Assembly (NCBI GenBank): GCA_963719505.1
Contig: CAVRCF010000001.1
Span: 32,001-96,000 of the forward strand
Source: Halobacteriovoraceae bacterium
GTDB taxonomy: Bacteria; Bdellovibrionota; Bacteriovoracia; Bacteriovoracales; Bacteriovoracaceae
Length of the DNA stretch: 64,000 nt
Direction of reading: 5' to 3'
Part shown: one piece after another, positions 19,600-27,851 of the stretch
Position numbering within the stretch: position 1 is the first letter of the stretch
Layout of the letters: every line of letters begins with the position of its first letter
Made by a program: the position numbers and the translations under genes
Notes under the pieces: generated by a model
What the model saw: the letters and a program-made list of their open reading frames with translations, nothing else
Told to the model about the DNA's origin: nothing
Database searches by the model: none

Positions 19600-20738
19600 C
19601 TATCATTAAAAAGAAAAACACGATTGGAGAAACTTACTTTCTCATTCGAGTTCAGTTGCGTTCAAAGATTCAACCTCATATTAGAATACAAAAACAAACT
19701 ACTCTTAAGGGCAAATTAGTTAATGCTAAAAAGGCTAAGCGTAGAGAACAAGAGCTGACTTATACCTGTATGGAGGAACTTAAGAAGCGAGAAGGAAGTG
19801 ATCTCTCATTTCAAGAGTTAATTGACCTTTGGTATTCCTATAAAGTCAGTGAAGAATTTATTACTCTAGAGACTGTTGGTGATTACTATAGAGCTTTACA
19901 GAAGTGGTGTTTCTCAATTTTAACAAAGCCATGTAACGAGATTGCAACTTCTGATGTGAAAGTTATTTTAAAAATGCAAAAAGATGAAGGTATCTCTAGA
20001 AGCTTTCGAAGAAAGTTTAAATCTATGATCAATAACGTCTATAAGTGGGGATTTGAAGAGGGATATCTTCATTCAACTAAATTCTCACCCACTGTGGGAA
20101 TTCAACTTGAAAGACGTGAAGAGAAAAAGCCAGAAATTTTAACCTTACAGCAAACAAGAGAGTTCTTAAATGCTGCTCGGACACTTGAACACCCATGGTA
20201 TCCAGTTTGGGCCTTTGCAATTCTAACAGGTGCACGAAATGGTGAGTTATATGCTCTAAACAAAAATGATGTTGATCTTGAAAATAATAAAATTATAATT
20301 TCGAAATCATTCAACAATAGGCGAGGCGAAATCAAGTCTACAAAAGCCGGTTATTATAGGACGGTTCCTATCAACCCTGAGCTAAAAGAATTGATTCTAG
20401 AGCTTAATAGGGCCAATCTAGACAGTGATTTTTTATTACCTCGACTATCTGGATGGAACAAAGGCTGCCAAGCACAAGTTCTAAGAACATTTCTTACTGG
20501 AATTAATCTACCAAGCGTGAAGTTTCATACATTGAGAGCATGCTTTGCAACTTTGTTACTTCAACAAGGCAAAGCACCCGCAGTAATAATGAAGATTTGT
20601 GGCTGGAGAGATCTAAAGACAATGGAACGTTATATTAGACTTGCAGGTGTTGATGAAAAAGGTGCAACAGACTCACTGAAAGTTCTTCCTCTTAAATCTC
20701 TGGACGAAGAATATTGTTTAAACTTCCCACAAAGATAG
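19596..20738 (+). CDS. Tyrosine recombinase/integrase
   Basis: TGARNGE (R), K, FHTLR (HxxR), GW, ERY (Y) all present. Confidence 0.95.
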   Translation: MTIIKKKNTIGETYFLIRVQLRSKIQPHIRIQKQTTLKGKLVNAKKAKRREQELTYTCMEELKKREGSDLSFQELIDLWYSYKVSEEFITLETVGDYYRALQKWCFSILTKPCNEIATSDVKVILKMQKDEGISRSFRRKFKSMINNVYKWGFEEGYLHSTKFSPTVGIQLERREEKKPEILTLQQTREFLNAARTLEHPWYPVWAFAILTGARNGELYALNKNDVDLENNKIIISKSFNNRRGEIKSTKAGYYRTVPINPELKELILELNRANLDSDFLLPRLSGWNKGCQAQVLRTFLTGINLPSVKFHTLRACFATLLLQQGKAPAVIMKICGWRDLKTMERYIRLAGVDEKGATDSLKVLPLKSLDEEYCLNFPQR

Positions 20739-20848
20739 TAACCCACAGCAACAAAAGTCGGTAAAGGTGGGCTCTTTGGCTAACAACAGTCAATAGCTCG
20801 ACTTAAGACATTGTTTTTGATAAGGTTACGAAGAACACCCCATTTTTT

Positions 20849-20884
20849 AAAAGCCTTGCGTCTAACCGCCAAGGCTTTTTTTTT
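20849..20884 (+). terminator. Intrinsic terminator after att copy
   Basis: AAAAGCCTTG...CAAGGCTTTT hairpin with T tract. Confidence 0.7.
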
Positions 20885-20999
20885 GCCTACAATTTCGTTG
20901 GGTTAGACGGGCGGTTAAAAATCCTCGTAGGGAAACGAATGACGGGCCATGTGAATCAGGCGAACCGTTAACCACCACTTTGTTATTGACTAATATGGA

Positions 21000-21743
21000 G
21001 TGTATAAAGGAAAAATGAAAACATTAATCTACACTTCAATGCTTCTATTGCTCATCAGCTGTAACAACTCAACAATGCTATCAGTAAGTAATTGGGCAAT
21101 TGCAATTGCTGCCCTAATTGGATCTTTAGGTGGAGTCGGAAAACTATATTATTCGAATGCTATAAGCAAAGAACAAGAAAAACCCAATCAAAGCAAAATT
21201 CACGAAATAAAATCTGAATATAAAGAATGGATGTTGAATAAAGATTCGCCCATTATCCTAGAGTTAGTTGATCTCCAGTTAAACTTTGGTTTCGAGGCCC
21301 AACTTAATAAAGGCGATCAAATAAACTTTAAAAAATATTTAGACTGGGATATTGATGGAAAGAAACCATTTTTACAATTCAAGGAAGACTGGGACTCAGG
21401 GAAAATTAATCTTGCAGATACTAGTGGAGCACTTCCTATAGTAGGAAAGAAATTTCTTGTAAAAGATATTCATAAGCAATGGGTTTATAGAGATGTCGAT
21501 GACATGGTTGTTACATATAATATTATAAAGCGATATATACTTACTAACACAAATGCACTTCCAAACTCAAAAACAATCAAAGACTTCCAAACGAAAAAAG
21601 TAAAAAGAGTTTTCAATGAAGAAGACTTAGCTCAATTTGATATTCAAGGTAAAAAAATATTTACCTCTAAAGATGAGATTCCAGAGCAGAGTGGAGAAAT
21701 TTTACACTTTAGACTTAAACCTACAATGAAACCAATTAACTAA
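21000..21743 (+). CDS. Hypothetical lipoprotein/membrane protein
   Basis: LLISC lipobox-like sequence and hydrophobic segment. Confidence 0.6.
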   Translation: MYKGKMKTLIYTSMLLLLISCNNSTMLSVSNWAIAIAALIGSLGGVGKLYYSNAISKEQEKPNQSKIHEIKSEYKEWMLNKDSPIILELVDLQLNFGFEAQLNKGDQINFKKYLDWDIDGKKPFLQFKEDWDSGKINLADTSGALPIVGKKFLVKDIHKQWVYRDVDDMVVTYNIIKRYILTNTNALPNSKTIKDFQTKKVKRVFNEEDLAQFDIQGKKIFTSKDEIPEQSGEILHFRLKPTMKPIN

Positions 21744-21769
21744 TCTTCTCTTCTCTTCTCTTCTCTTAT

Positions 21770-22447
21770 CTAACCAAAAACAATTGATGGTTCAAATTTC
21801 TCTCCTAACCCCCCAAGGTTTGCAATACATTCTTCAATCTTACTCTTCAGCCTAGGATCATTTTTAAATACCCCCTTTAAAATATGTTCGGCCATATGAA
21901 CATGTTTTGACTTTACACTAAGGAAATGTTTTGCAATCTCTAGCAAAATCTCATCATTTGTTACTAAGTCAACGCTATTCTTAATGGCATCATACAGGAG
22001 CAAATAATCCTCAGGAGAAGGAGCGGAAGTTGATTTGTTTGATCCCTGGAAAATATTTTCTTCTCTCCATTCCTTTTGTAATTGCTTCCTATAATCATCA
22101 AAAACAATTCTCTTCGCTTTAAAGCCATCGTCTCTTAGATTTGCTAAACTTAAAGAGGTCAAATTATCTTTGATAAAACGTTCTATTTTAGGAAAAGTCA
22201 CTTCACCAACATCATCAAAAAAAGAAGGATATCCTCTTTTTTTAGGTCTAGGAGTAAGATTTTTTTCTAGATGGAAAGTTGCAACATCTGACTCAAACTC
22301 TTCCAATACAATTGGATGAAATTCAAGTAACCCCATACCTGGAATGATGATATTGTCTGCAGGTATAATTTCTTTTGATATAAAAAAATAAAGTTTATAT
22401 ACAGAACATGTGTCAGTTAAAAGTATTTCTATTTTTTCAGAGCCCAC
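21770..22447 (-). CDS. PIN-domain ribonuclease (putative toxin)
   Basis: PIN acidic tetrad pattern: LTDTCS, VLEE, PEDY, LVTND. Confidence 0.7.
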   Translation of the reverse strand: MGSEKIEILLTDTCSVYKLYFFISKEIIPADNIIIPGMGLLEFHPIVLEEFESDVATFHLEKNLTPRPKKRGYPSFFDDVGEVTFPKIERFIKDNLTSLSLANLRDDGFKAKRIVFDDYRKQLQKEWREENIFQGSNKSTSAPSPEDYLLLYDAIKNSVDLVTNDEILLEIAKHFLSVKSKHVHMAEHILKGVFKNDPRLKSKIEECIANLGGLGEKFEPSIVFG

Positions 22448-23676
22448 GATGCAAGCTCCTTACTATTAAACTCTTCACTTGACCAAATAGCCTTCAGAAC
22501 ATTTACTTCATGTCTTTTCAAAGAAAATAAATTTGCATAATCAATAGGACTGATTCCACCATTCACAAGTTTATTTCTCAAAGATGTATAGACAGGATAA
22601 TCTCTTGGCTCTTCCCTAATGATAGTATCAAATAATTTTTTGTGTTCTTCAAAAGATGAGTGATCAATATTTATTCTTCCAATTTCTGAAAGTGATTCTG
22701 TATTATCGTTAAAGTAATCATCATACTTTGATGTAAGATCTTGATAAAGATTACTACCTTCAGTTAGTAATTTATTATCAACTAGAGCATTGGCCAATCC
22801 TGATGGAGCCCAAGTTCCATCATCATTGTATTTTTTAATTACAAAATTAACTACATCTTCAGAAGACTTACCAATTTTTCTCAATCTCCCTCCATCGAGA
22901 AAAATATCCTTTAAATATTCTTCAGGGTAAACTAAATCTCCAACAGTTCTGTCGATGAACTTTTCAAGGTCAATTCCTCTTTCAAATAATCCATCTAAAA
23001 TTATATGAATAATCTCATGAAGCAAATCAAAGAAGACAGATGATCGTCTCCTGTCCGCATCAATAAGTATTGCGAACTCACCATCCCTGCTAAATAAAAC
23101 TGCTGACTTTCTATCACCTTCATCGACTTCAAAATCTAAACCAATGCTTTTAAATGACATATAATAGCAATGAACACTTAATAGGTCTAAAATATAGTCA
23201 TGAACAAAGTTTCTCTTAATTGGAAGACTAGGAGGAATAAAAAAGAAACCTCTTATTATCTTTGCAGCCAATTTAAAAGATTCATCACTCTTAATGTTTA
23301 TACTAGATAACTGCTCTCTAATACCATTAAAATCAAAATTGGATTTCTTCATATAGTCGCTGGCAAGCGTCTCGAAAACAAACTCAGTTCTCTCTCTTAC
23401 CTCAGGTGCAACCTCGCACTTATCCATTTCTCTATGATTTCTAGTTCTATAGTGAAATGCCAATGGCGCCCTTCCCATTAAACAATCAATATCATCCCGG
23501 CTCATCTCAAAAATATCTAGCATTTGAGCGACTCTTGAGTGTGGTATTTTTTCAACACCCCTAGTCCATTTTGAAATAGCTGAAGGGTCAACGCCAAGCT
23601 GGCGAGCCAACTCTCTTCCTGCAATTCCTTTAGAATCAATTAACTGGCTTAAAAACTTTCCTGACCTATAAATCAC
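22429..23676 (-). CDS. XRE HTH fused to ImmA/IrrE-type Zn metallopeptidase
   Basis: ELARQLGVDPSAISKW HTH; LLHEIIH (HExxH). Confidence 0.85.
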   Translation of the reverse strand: MIYRSGKFLSQLIDSKGIAGRELARQLGVDPSAISKWTRGVEKIPHSRVAQMLDIFEMSRDDIDCLMGRAPLAFHYRTRNHREMDKCEVAPEVRERTEFVFETLASDYMKKSNFDFNGIREQLSSINIKSDESFKLAAKIIRGFFFIPPSLPIKRNFVHDYILDLLSVHCYYMSFKSIGLDFEVDEGDRKSAVLFSRDGEFAILIDADRRRSSVFFDLLHEIIHIILDGLFERGIDLEKFIDRTVGDLVYPEEYLKDIFLDGGRLRKIGKSSEDVVNFVIKKYNDDGTWAPSGLANALVDNKLLTEGSNLYQDLTSKYDDYFNDNTESLSEIGRINIDHSSFEEHKKLFDTIIREEPRDYPVYTSLRNKLVNGGISPIDYANLFSLKRHEVNVLKAIWSSEEFNSKELASWALKK

Positions 23677-23865
23677 TAAACAGTATCCTTTACTTTAAAC
23701 TCGTATTCACACACCTCTTCGGTTGATCATACCATTTACTCAATTTTTTATATAATTTCAATATTATATGGCATTTTATTTATCCTTGACACTAAATTTT
23801 ACTCAATTTTTAGTAATATCAACGTACTAGAGATAACTGCTCAACTTAAAGACACTACTTCTTAT

Positions 23866-24273
23866 TTAATTATTAGCTAATATCTGTTGAACCGACTTTG
23901 GTGACCATTTCGCTCTCTTCGTCTTAGTAGTCACCCCCATCACGTTTAAAACATCTGCGATTTTATGATAAGAAAACCCCTGTTCTCTCAACTCCTTGAT
24001 CTTCTCAATCACCTCTTGCTCTTTCTTGTGAACGATAATTTCTCGATCCTTAAACTTCTTCCCATAAGCAAGACCACGCTTTCTATTTTGAACTGTTCCT
24101 GGAACTCGAGTTTCAATTCCAAACTTCTTCATCTGTTTAGAAATAGTTTGACGGGCCACTCCAAACTCTACCGCCAGCTCATTTAGACTTCGCCTTTCTA
24201 CGACGTATTTTTGATATAAAGTCTCTTTATTTCGCCACTCATTTTTGACTGGTAATTGAAAGATATTAGACAT
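23866..24273 (-). CDS. HTH + serine-recombinase 'Recombinase' DNA-binding domain, no catalytic domain
   Basis: SLNELAVEFGVARQTI HTH; YG...EQEVIEKIKEL..GFSYHKIADVLN..G..T....W....V..IL; likely ATG 24273. Confidence 0.7.
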   Translation of the reverse strand: MSNIFQLPVKNEWRNKETLYQKYVVERRSLNELAVEFGVARQTISKQMKKFGIETRVPGTVQNRKRGLAYGKKFKDREIIVHKKEQEVIEKIKELREQGFSYHKIADVLNVMGVTTKTKRAKWSPKSVQQILANN

Positions 24274-24349
24274 TTGGACTTGGCGGTTGGACGGACTCCA
24301 ATAAGAAGGTCCACCACCCCATTTAAAACTTAACATCCTTCGGGATTTT

Positions 24350-24394
24350 AAATAGAAAGAGCCTAGGTCTAACCCACTTAGGCCTTTTTGTTTC
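24350..24394 (+). terminator. Terminator-like hairpin, repeat copy 1
   Basis: AAATAGAAAGAGCCTAGGTCTAACCCACTTAGGCCTTTTTGTTTC; 43/45 identical to 25457-25501. Confidence 0.75.
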
Positions 24395-24443
24395 TGACAT
24401 TATAAAGTGTTTCAAATATTTCTCTTCATGTTAAACTTAGGGC

Positions 24444-24824
24444 ATGCAAGCAACATTCAATCAAAAAATTCTATTTTTGAAACTATTCACAATATCATTA
24501 ATAACATTCCTACTTTATGACACTGGAGAAAGAATATATTTAGGTATAACTGACGATAAGAAATCTGACATACTACTCTTTGTTACCTCAACCTGGAACT
24601 TAGTAGAGATTTTTGTTTTGATAAAGTTTGTTCTTTGTAGAATCTTTGCCCCTTCAAGAAAGGCTCTCCTCATCATTGGGGCCTTAAAACTTGCACTTTT
24701 TCTATTCGTGATAGATCTACTTATCAAAACTCCACTCATTACTCTTAGGGAGTTATTAATAATTACTGGTTTGCTTGTGTTTGGAAATTTAAACTACAGA
24801 AAATATTCTGATACCACAGAATAA
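24444..24824 (+). CDS. Hypothetical 4-TM membrane protein (sole gene of unit 3)
   Basis: Hydrophobic ORF between att copies. Confidence 0.55.
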   Translation: MQATFNQKILFLKLFTISLITFLLYDTGERIYLGITDDKKSDILLFVTSTWNLVEIFVLIKFVLCRIFAPSRKALLIIGALKLALFLFVIDLLIKTPLITLRELLIITGLLVFGNLNYRKYSDTTE

Positions 24825-24915
24825 TTATTATTTATTTCGATAGTTTAGCACTCAGTTAGGCTGCTTTTATCTAATTATCAACCAGTGGCAACAGATCTAA
24901 ATGTTAATGTCTGTC

Positions 24916-24937
24916 TTGGGTGGCATTTGCCACCCCA
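24916..24937. repeat. Palindromic att-like site containing the tRNA-His 3' end
   Basis: TTGGGTGGCA-TT-TGCCACCCCA; second copy TTGGGTGCCA-TA-TGCCACCCCA at 25406-25427. Confidence 0.75.
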
Positions 24938-25218
24938 TTTTTTTCAGTAATATTTTAGAATTCAAATTTCAAAGACTCAACTAATTTAAATCACTTACAT
25001 CACTCTTTAAATCTATTCGCCACTCAAAATCTTGTATCTTTCACACCATTTCACATCACGACTTCATCAGTACTGATTTTTGACTAACTACTGACTGACA
25101 ATAAAAAAAGACATGTGTATATGAAGCATTCTAAATATGATAGACTAAATGAGAAATTCATATTAGTTTGCCTAGTGTGAATCGAATACTTGCATTGACA
25201 GGTATAATTGAGGAATCT

Positions 25219-25347
25219 ATGAAAAAAATATTAAATGCAATTCTTAAAACTATTGCTGACGGGACAACCATTCTATACGCTGGTTTTTCAATTAAAAACA
25301 TCAGAAAAGTGATCAAAGGTGAAAAAGAACCAATCGATAGTCTTTAA
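25219..25347 (+). CDS. 42-aa small protein (sole ORF of unit 4)
   Basis: MKKILNAILKTIADGTTILYAGFSIKNIRKVIKGEKEPIDSL; GAGG RBS and TATAAT upstream. Confidence 0.45.
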   Translation: MKKILNAILKTIADGTTILYAGFSIKNIRKVIKGEKEPIDSL

Positions 25348-25456
25348 ATCAGATAGATTTAACTTAAAAGAATGTGGCAGGCTCGTCAAATGTATACCGC
25401 CTGCTTTGGGTGCCATATGCCACCCCATCAAAACATTAAGCATCTTAGGGTGAGTA

Positions 25457-25501
25457 AAATAGAAAAAGCCTAGGTCTAACCCACTTAGGCTTTTTTGTTT
25501 C
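25457..25501 (+). terminator. Terminator-like hairpin, repeat copy 2 (possibly the native tRNA-His terminator)
   Basis: Hairpin plus T tract ~30 bp after the last CCACCCCA. Confidence 0.75.
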
Positions 25502-25515
25502 AAATTATTGATATT

Positions 25516-26589
25516 TCATTTTATGATTTTAGATTCTAACAATGCGCTTTTCAACTTTATCGCAGAGAACTCTTTTTCTCTTTTGGTACTATTTCTAACG
25601 TTTATAAAAAACTTAGTCGTAAGCAAAATTGTCTCTTGGTGGTCTTTGATAAACTTAATATAGGAAGGGGTAAGATTAAAGAACCCCTCTTTTTTCAATG
25701 AACTGAGGTTATTAATTATTTTCTCTTGTTTTACAAGATTGGAATCATTACGAGAGAGATCGATAAGCTTTGCCACTTTTAGTTTTCTTCTCTTTGAGAA
25801 GTCATCAAATTCTCCATTAAGCTGTAGCCCCATACTTCCAATGAATTCTCCAAAATCATAATTTCTATGTCTACTAAAGAAAGATTTTTCTTCCGTAGAT
25901 AGATCAAAAGTTTTGTCAAGACCTAGTCCAAAGTCAGTTATGTAAGGACTTGATCCGTCGGTAAGGATATTTAAAAAATGCATATCCATATGAATAATAT
26001 TATTTGATTTTAAGAATTGAATTGCATTAAGAACTTCGTTAGTAATCTTAGCAAACTGACTTTTGTCTTTTTTAAGGTAATCTCTAAAGGTTTGAGGAAT
26101 GTACTCTAAAAAAAGAACCAATTCATATGGCGAATTATCACGGGCCTTGATATAACTTTTTATCGAGCTATTATTTTCCCAATATTTAAAATAGCTTTTA
26201 TAATCTTTTTTACTCGCTTTATTAGTTCTCTTTATTATTCGATAATGGTACATCAACGGAAAATTCAAACATTTTTTGCTGAGGACCCAGTTCGTTGTCT
26301 TTATATGCAAAAAAAGCTCCCTAAATGCCCCAAATCCAGCTGATCCAATTCCATAATTGTAAGTCATCGGTAAGTCGTAGTGATTTTTTGTACTAAATGA
26401 ATTATCGAATTCGACTTGAGTTAAAGGAATCTTTTTAGCAAAAACTTTAGTATTTCCAATTTTTATAATGTGATTGGTTCCCCAGCCTTTCTTGCCAAGA
26501 TCACCCTTTTCTAGCTTGTCACAAATCAATGCATCGCTAGAGTATGAAAGTTTCGTGTTGAGGCTAAAGTACTGATCATTTCTATTCAT
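25516..26589 (-). CDS. Protein kinase-like protein
   Basis: GxGWG, VFAKK, LEY, HMDMHFLNIL, TDFG. Confidence 0.8.
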   Translation of the reverse strand: MNRNDQYFSLNTKLSYSSDALICDKLEKGDLGKKGWGTNHIIKIGNTKVFAKKIPLTQVEFDNSFSTKNHYDLPMTYNYGIGSAGFGAFRELFLHIKTTNWVLSKKCLNFPLMYHYRIIKRTNKASKKDYKSYFKYWENNSSIKSYIKARDNSPYELVLFLEYIPQTFRDYLKKDKSQFAKITNEVLNAIQFLKSNNIIHMDMHFLNILTDGSSPYITDFGLGLDKTFDLSTEEKSFFSRHRNYDFGEFIGSMGLQLNGEFDDFSKRRKLKVAKLIDLSRNDSNLVKQEKIINNLSSLKKEGFFNLTPSYIKFIKDHQETILLTTKFFINVRNSTKREKEFSAIKLKSALLESKIIK

Positions 26590-26794
26590 CTTTAAACTCT
26601 ATCAGTCTCAATGTAGAAATCATATGATTATGAGTTGACTCTTTGCTGCAAAAGTCGACACAGATCAATTTTTGCCAGAAAGCCGATTTGTTCTTCCTTG
26701 TGTAGTAACCTAAACAATCTCTATAAAAGCTAATAAGTATCTTCTCAATTATTTTGTCTAAAGTTGTAATGAATCAATTAACTTAGGGGGAACT

Positions 26795-27130
26795 ATTAAA
26801 TTAGCAGAAAACTTATCGAAAAAATTATATATCGACGCTCACGAGTCTATTCTTAGACTAAAAGCAAATATCGAAGATCAAATTGAGTCCGCATTAAAAC
26901 CAATTGCTAAAAGAATAGATAAGAAAATGAAGAGTTTTTCTATAATATCACTCCTACCATCATCTAAAGAGACAAAAAAAGACATTCAAAGTGTAGTTCA
27001 AACTCCGACTATAGCCTTTGAAGATATTACAAAAAAAGATCTCTATGAATTAGCTCAAATCACTGGATTAGAGGGAAGATCTCACATGAATAAAGAGGAA
27101 CTTTACAATAGTTTAAAAACAAAATTATAA
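26795..27130 (+). CDS. Rho-termination-factor N-terminal-like domain protein
   Basis: TKKDLYELAQ..GLEGRSHMNKEEL; frame open to ATT 26795 behind AGGGGG (first ATG 26927). Confidence 0.6.
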   Translation: MKLAENLSKKLYIDAHESILRLKANIEDQIESALKPIAKRIDKKMKSFSIISLLPSSKETKKDIQSVVQTPTIAFEDITKKDLYELAQITGLEGRSHMNKEELYNSLKTKL

Positions 27131-27157
27131 ATATATCCAGGCTGCTCTAAGATTAAA

Positions 27158-27727
27158 ATGAAAAAACTGAAAACAACGGAAATTCTTAAAAAAGATTTTG
27201 TTATCGCTCTAGGCTGTGGGGCAATCGCTACGATTGTAATGCTTCTTGGAACCTACATAATCGGGTTTGTAAGTCAGTATCAAGCTAAAGAACTAATCGG
27301 TGCAATCATGCCCACCATTAGATTCCTGTGTTCAGCGATTATGACAGCGAGTGCAACAATTATTGCTTTAATGCTTACACTGCTGGGCTACTCATTCAAT
27401 ATGGAAAAGAAATTTGCTGACGAGTTCTTTCAGCGAATCAAGGTTATTGCTTTTTACGATACAGTTATTCTCGCTTTTTCCACTTCCTTGCTGGTTCTTC
27501 ACTGCTTTCCCATTATGAAATCTGTTAGCGTACCTTCTTCATGGTACTTTGCTGGATACTACTTTTTACTTATATCCTCTACCATTCTAGGGGGAGGATT
27601 GGTCTCACTTGTCACATTACTTTATTTAACCATCAAAGAGACAATTATATCTTTTGGATATGGTGATGATAATGGACGCTACATGGCCATCGATGAAGAA
27701 AATGAAGAGAAAGGCTCTAGCAAGTAG
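27158..27727 (+). CDS. Hypothetical 4-TM membrane protein
   Basis: Four hydrophobic segments. Confidence 0.7.
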   Translation: MKKLKTTEILKKDFVIALGCGAIATIVMLLGTYIIGFVSQYQAKELIGAIMPTIRFLCSAIMTASATIIALMLTLLGYSFNMEKKFADEFFQRIKVIAFYDTVILAFSTSLLVLHCFPIMKSVSVPSSWYFAGYYFLLISSTILGGGLVSLVTLLYLTIKETIISFGYGDDNGRYMAIDEENEEKGSSK

Positions 27728-27851
27728 TTCCAAGAGCGTCTGGATTCCTAAGTTTTACACCATTTTTAAAATATAAAAATTACAACTCATATGACAACTT
27801 GTCTCTCAATTGCTACCAAGATCTAAAAAAAGCTTAAGGGAGTTCTTTGTG

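Larger units (their letters stand above)
10567..20847. mobile_element. Unit 1: tyrosine-integrase integrative element (Rep-Xis-Int) in tRNA-His
   Basis: Direct repeat CACCCCATTTTT at 10568-10579 and 20836-20847; integrase ends ~100 bp before the right repeat; AT-rich cargo. Confidence 0.8.
20843..24321. mobile_element. Unit 2: tRNA-His tandem island with XRE-peptidase/PIN pair
   Basis: Bounded by CACCCCA at 20836 and 24315; subterminal inverted repeat CGTCTAACCGCCAAG (20859-20873) / CTTGGCGGTTGGACG (24279-24293). Confidence 0.65.

Noticed and set aside
10567-20847. Prophage
   Set aside because: No terminase, capsid, tail, lysis or inovirus assembly genes recognised
21744-21767. (TCTTC)n microsatellite
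   Set aside because: Lies between two stop codons, so phase variation is unlikely
24361-24384. TCTAAC hairpin loops as Rep_trans/MOB_T nick sites
   Set aside because: Position after tRNA-end copies and T tracts fit ordinary terminators, and they lie outside the Rep-bearing unit
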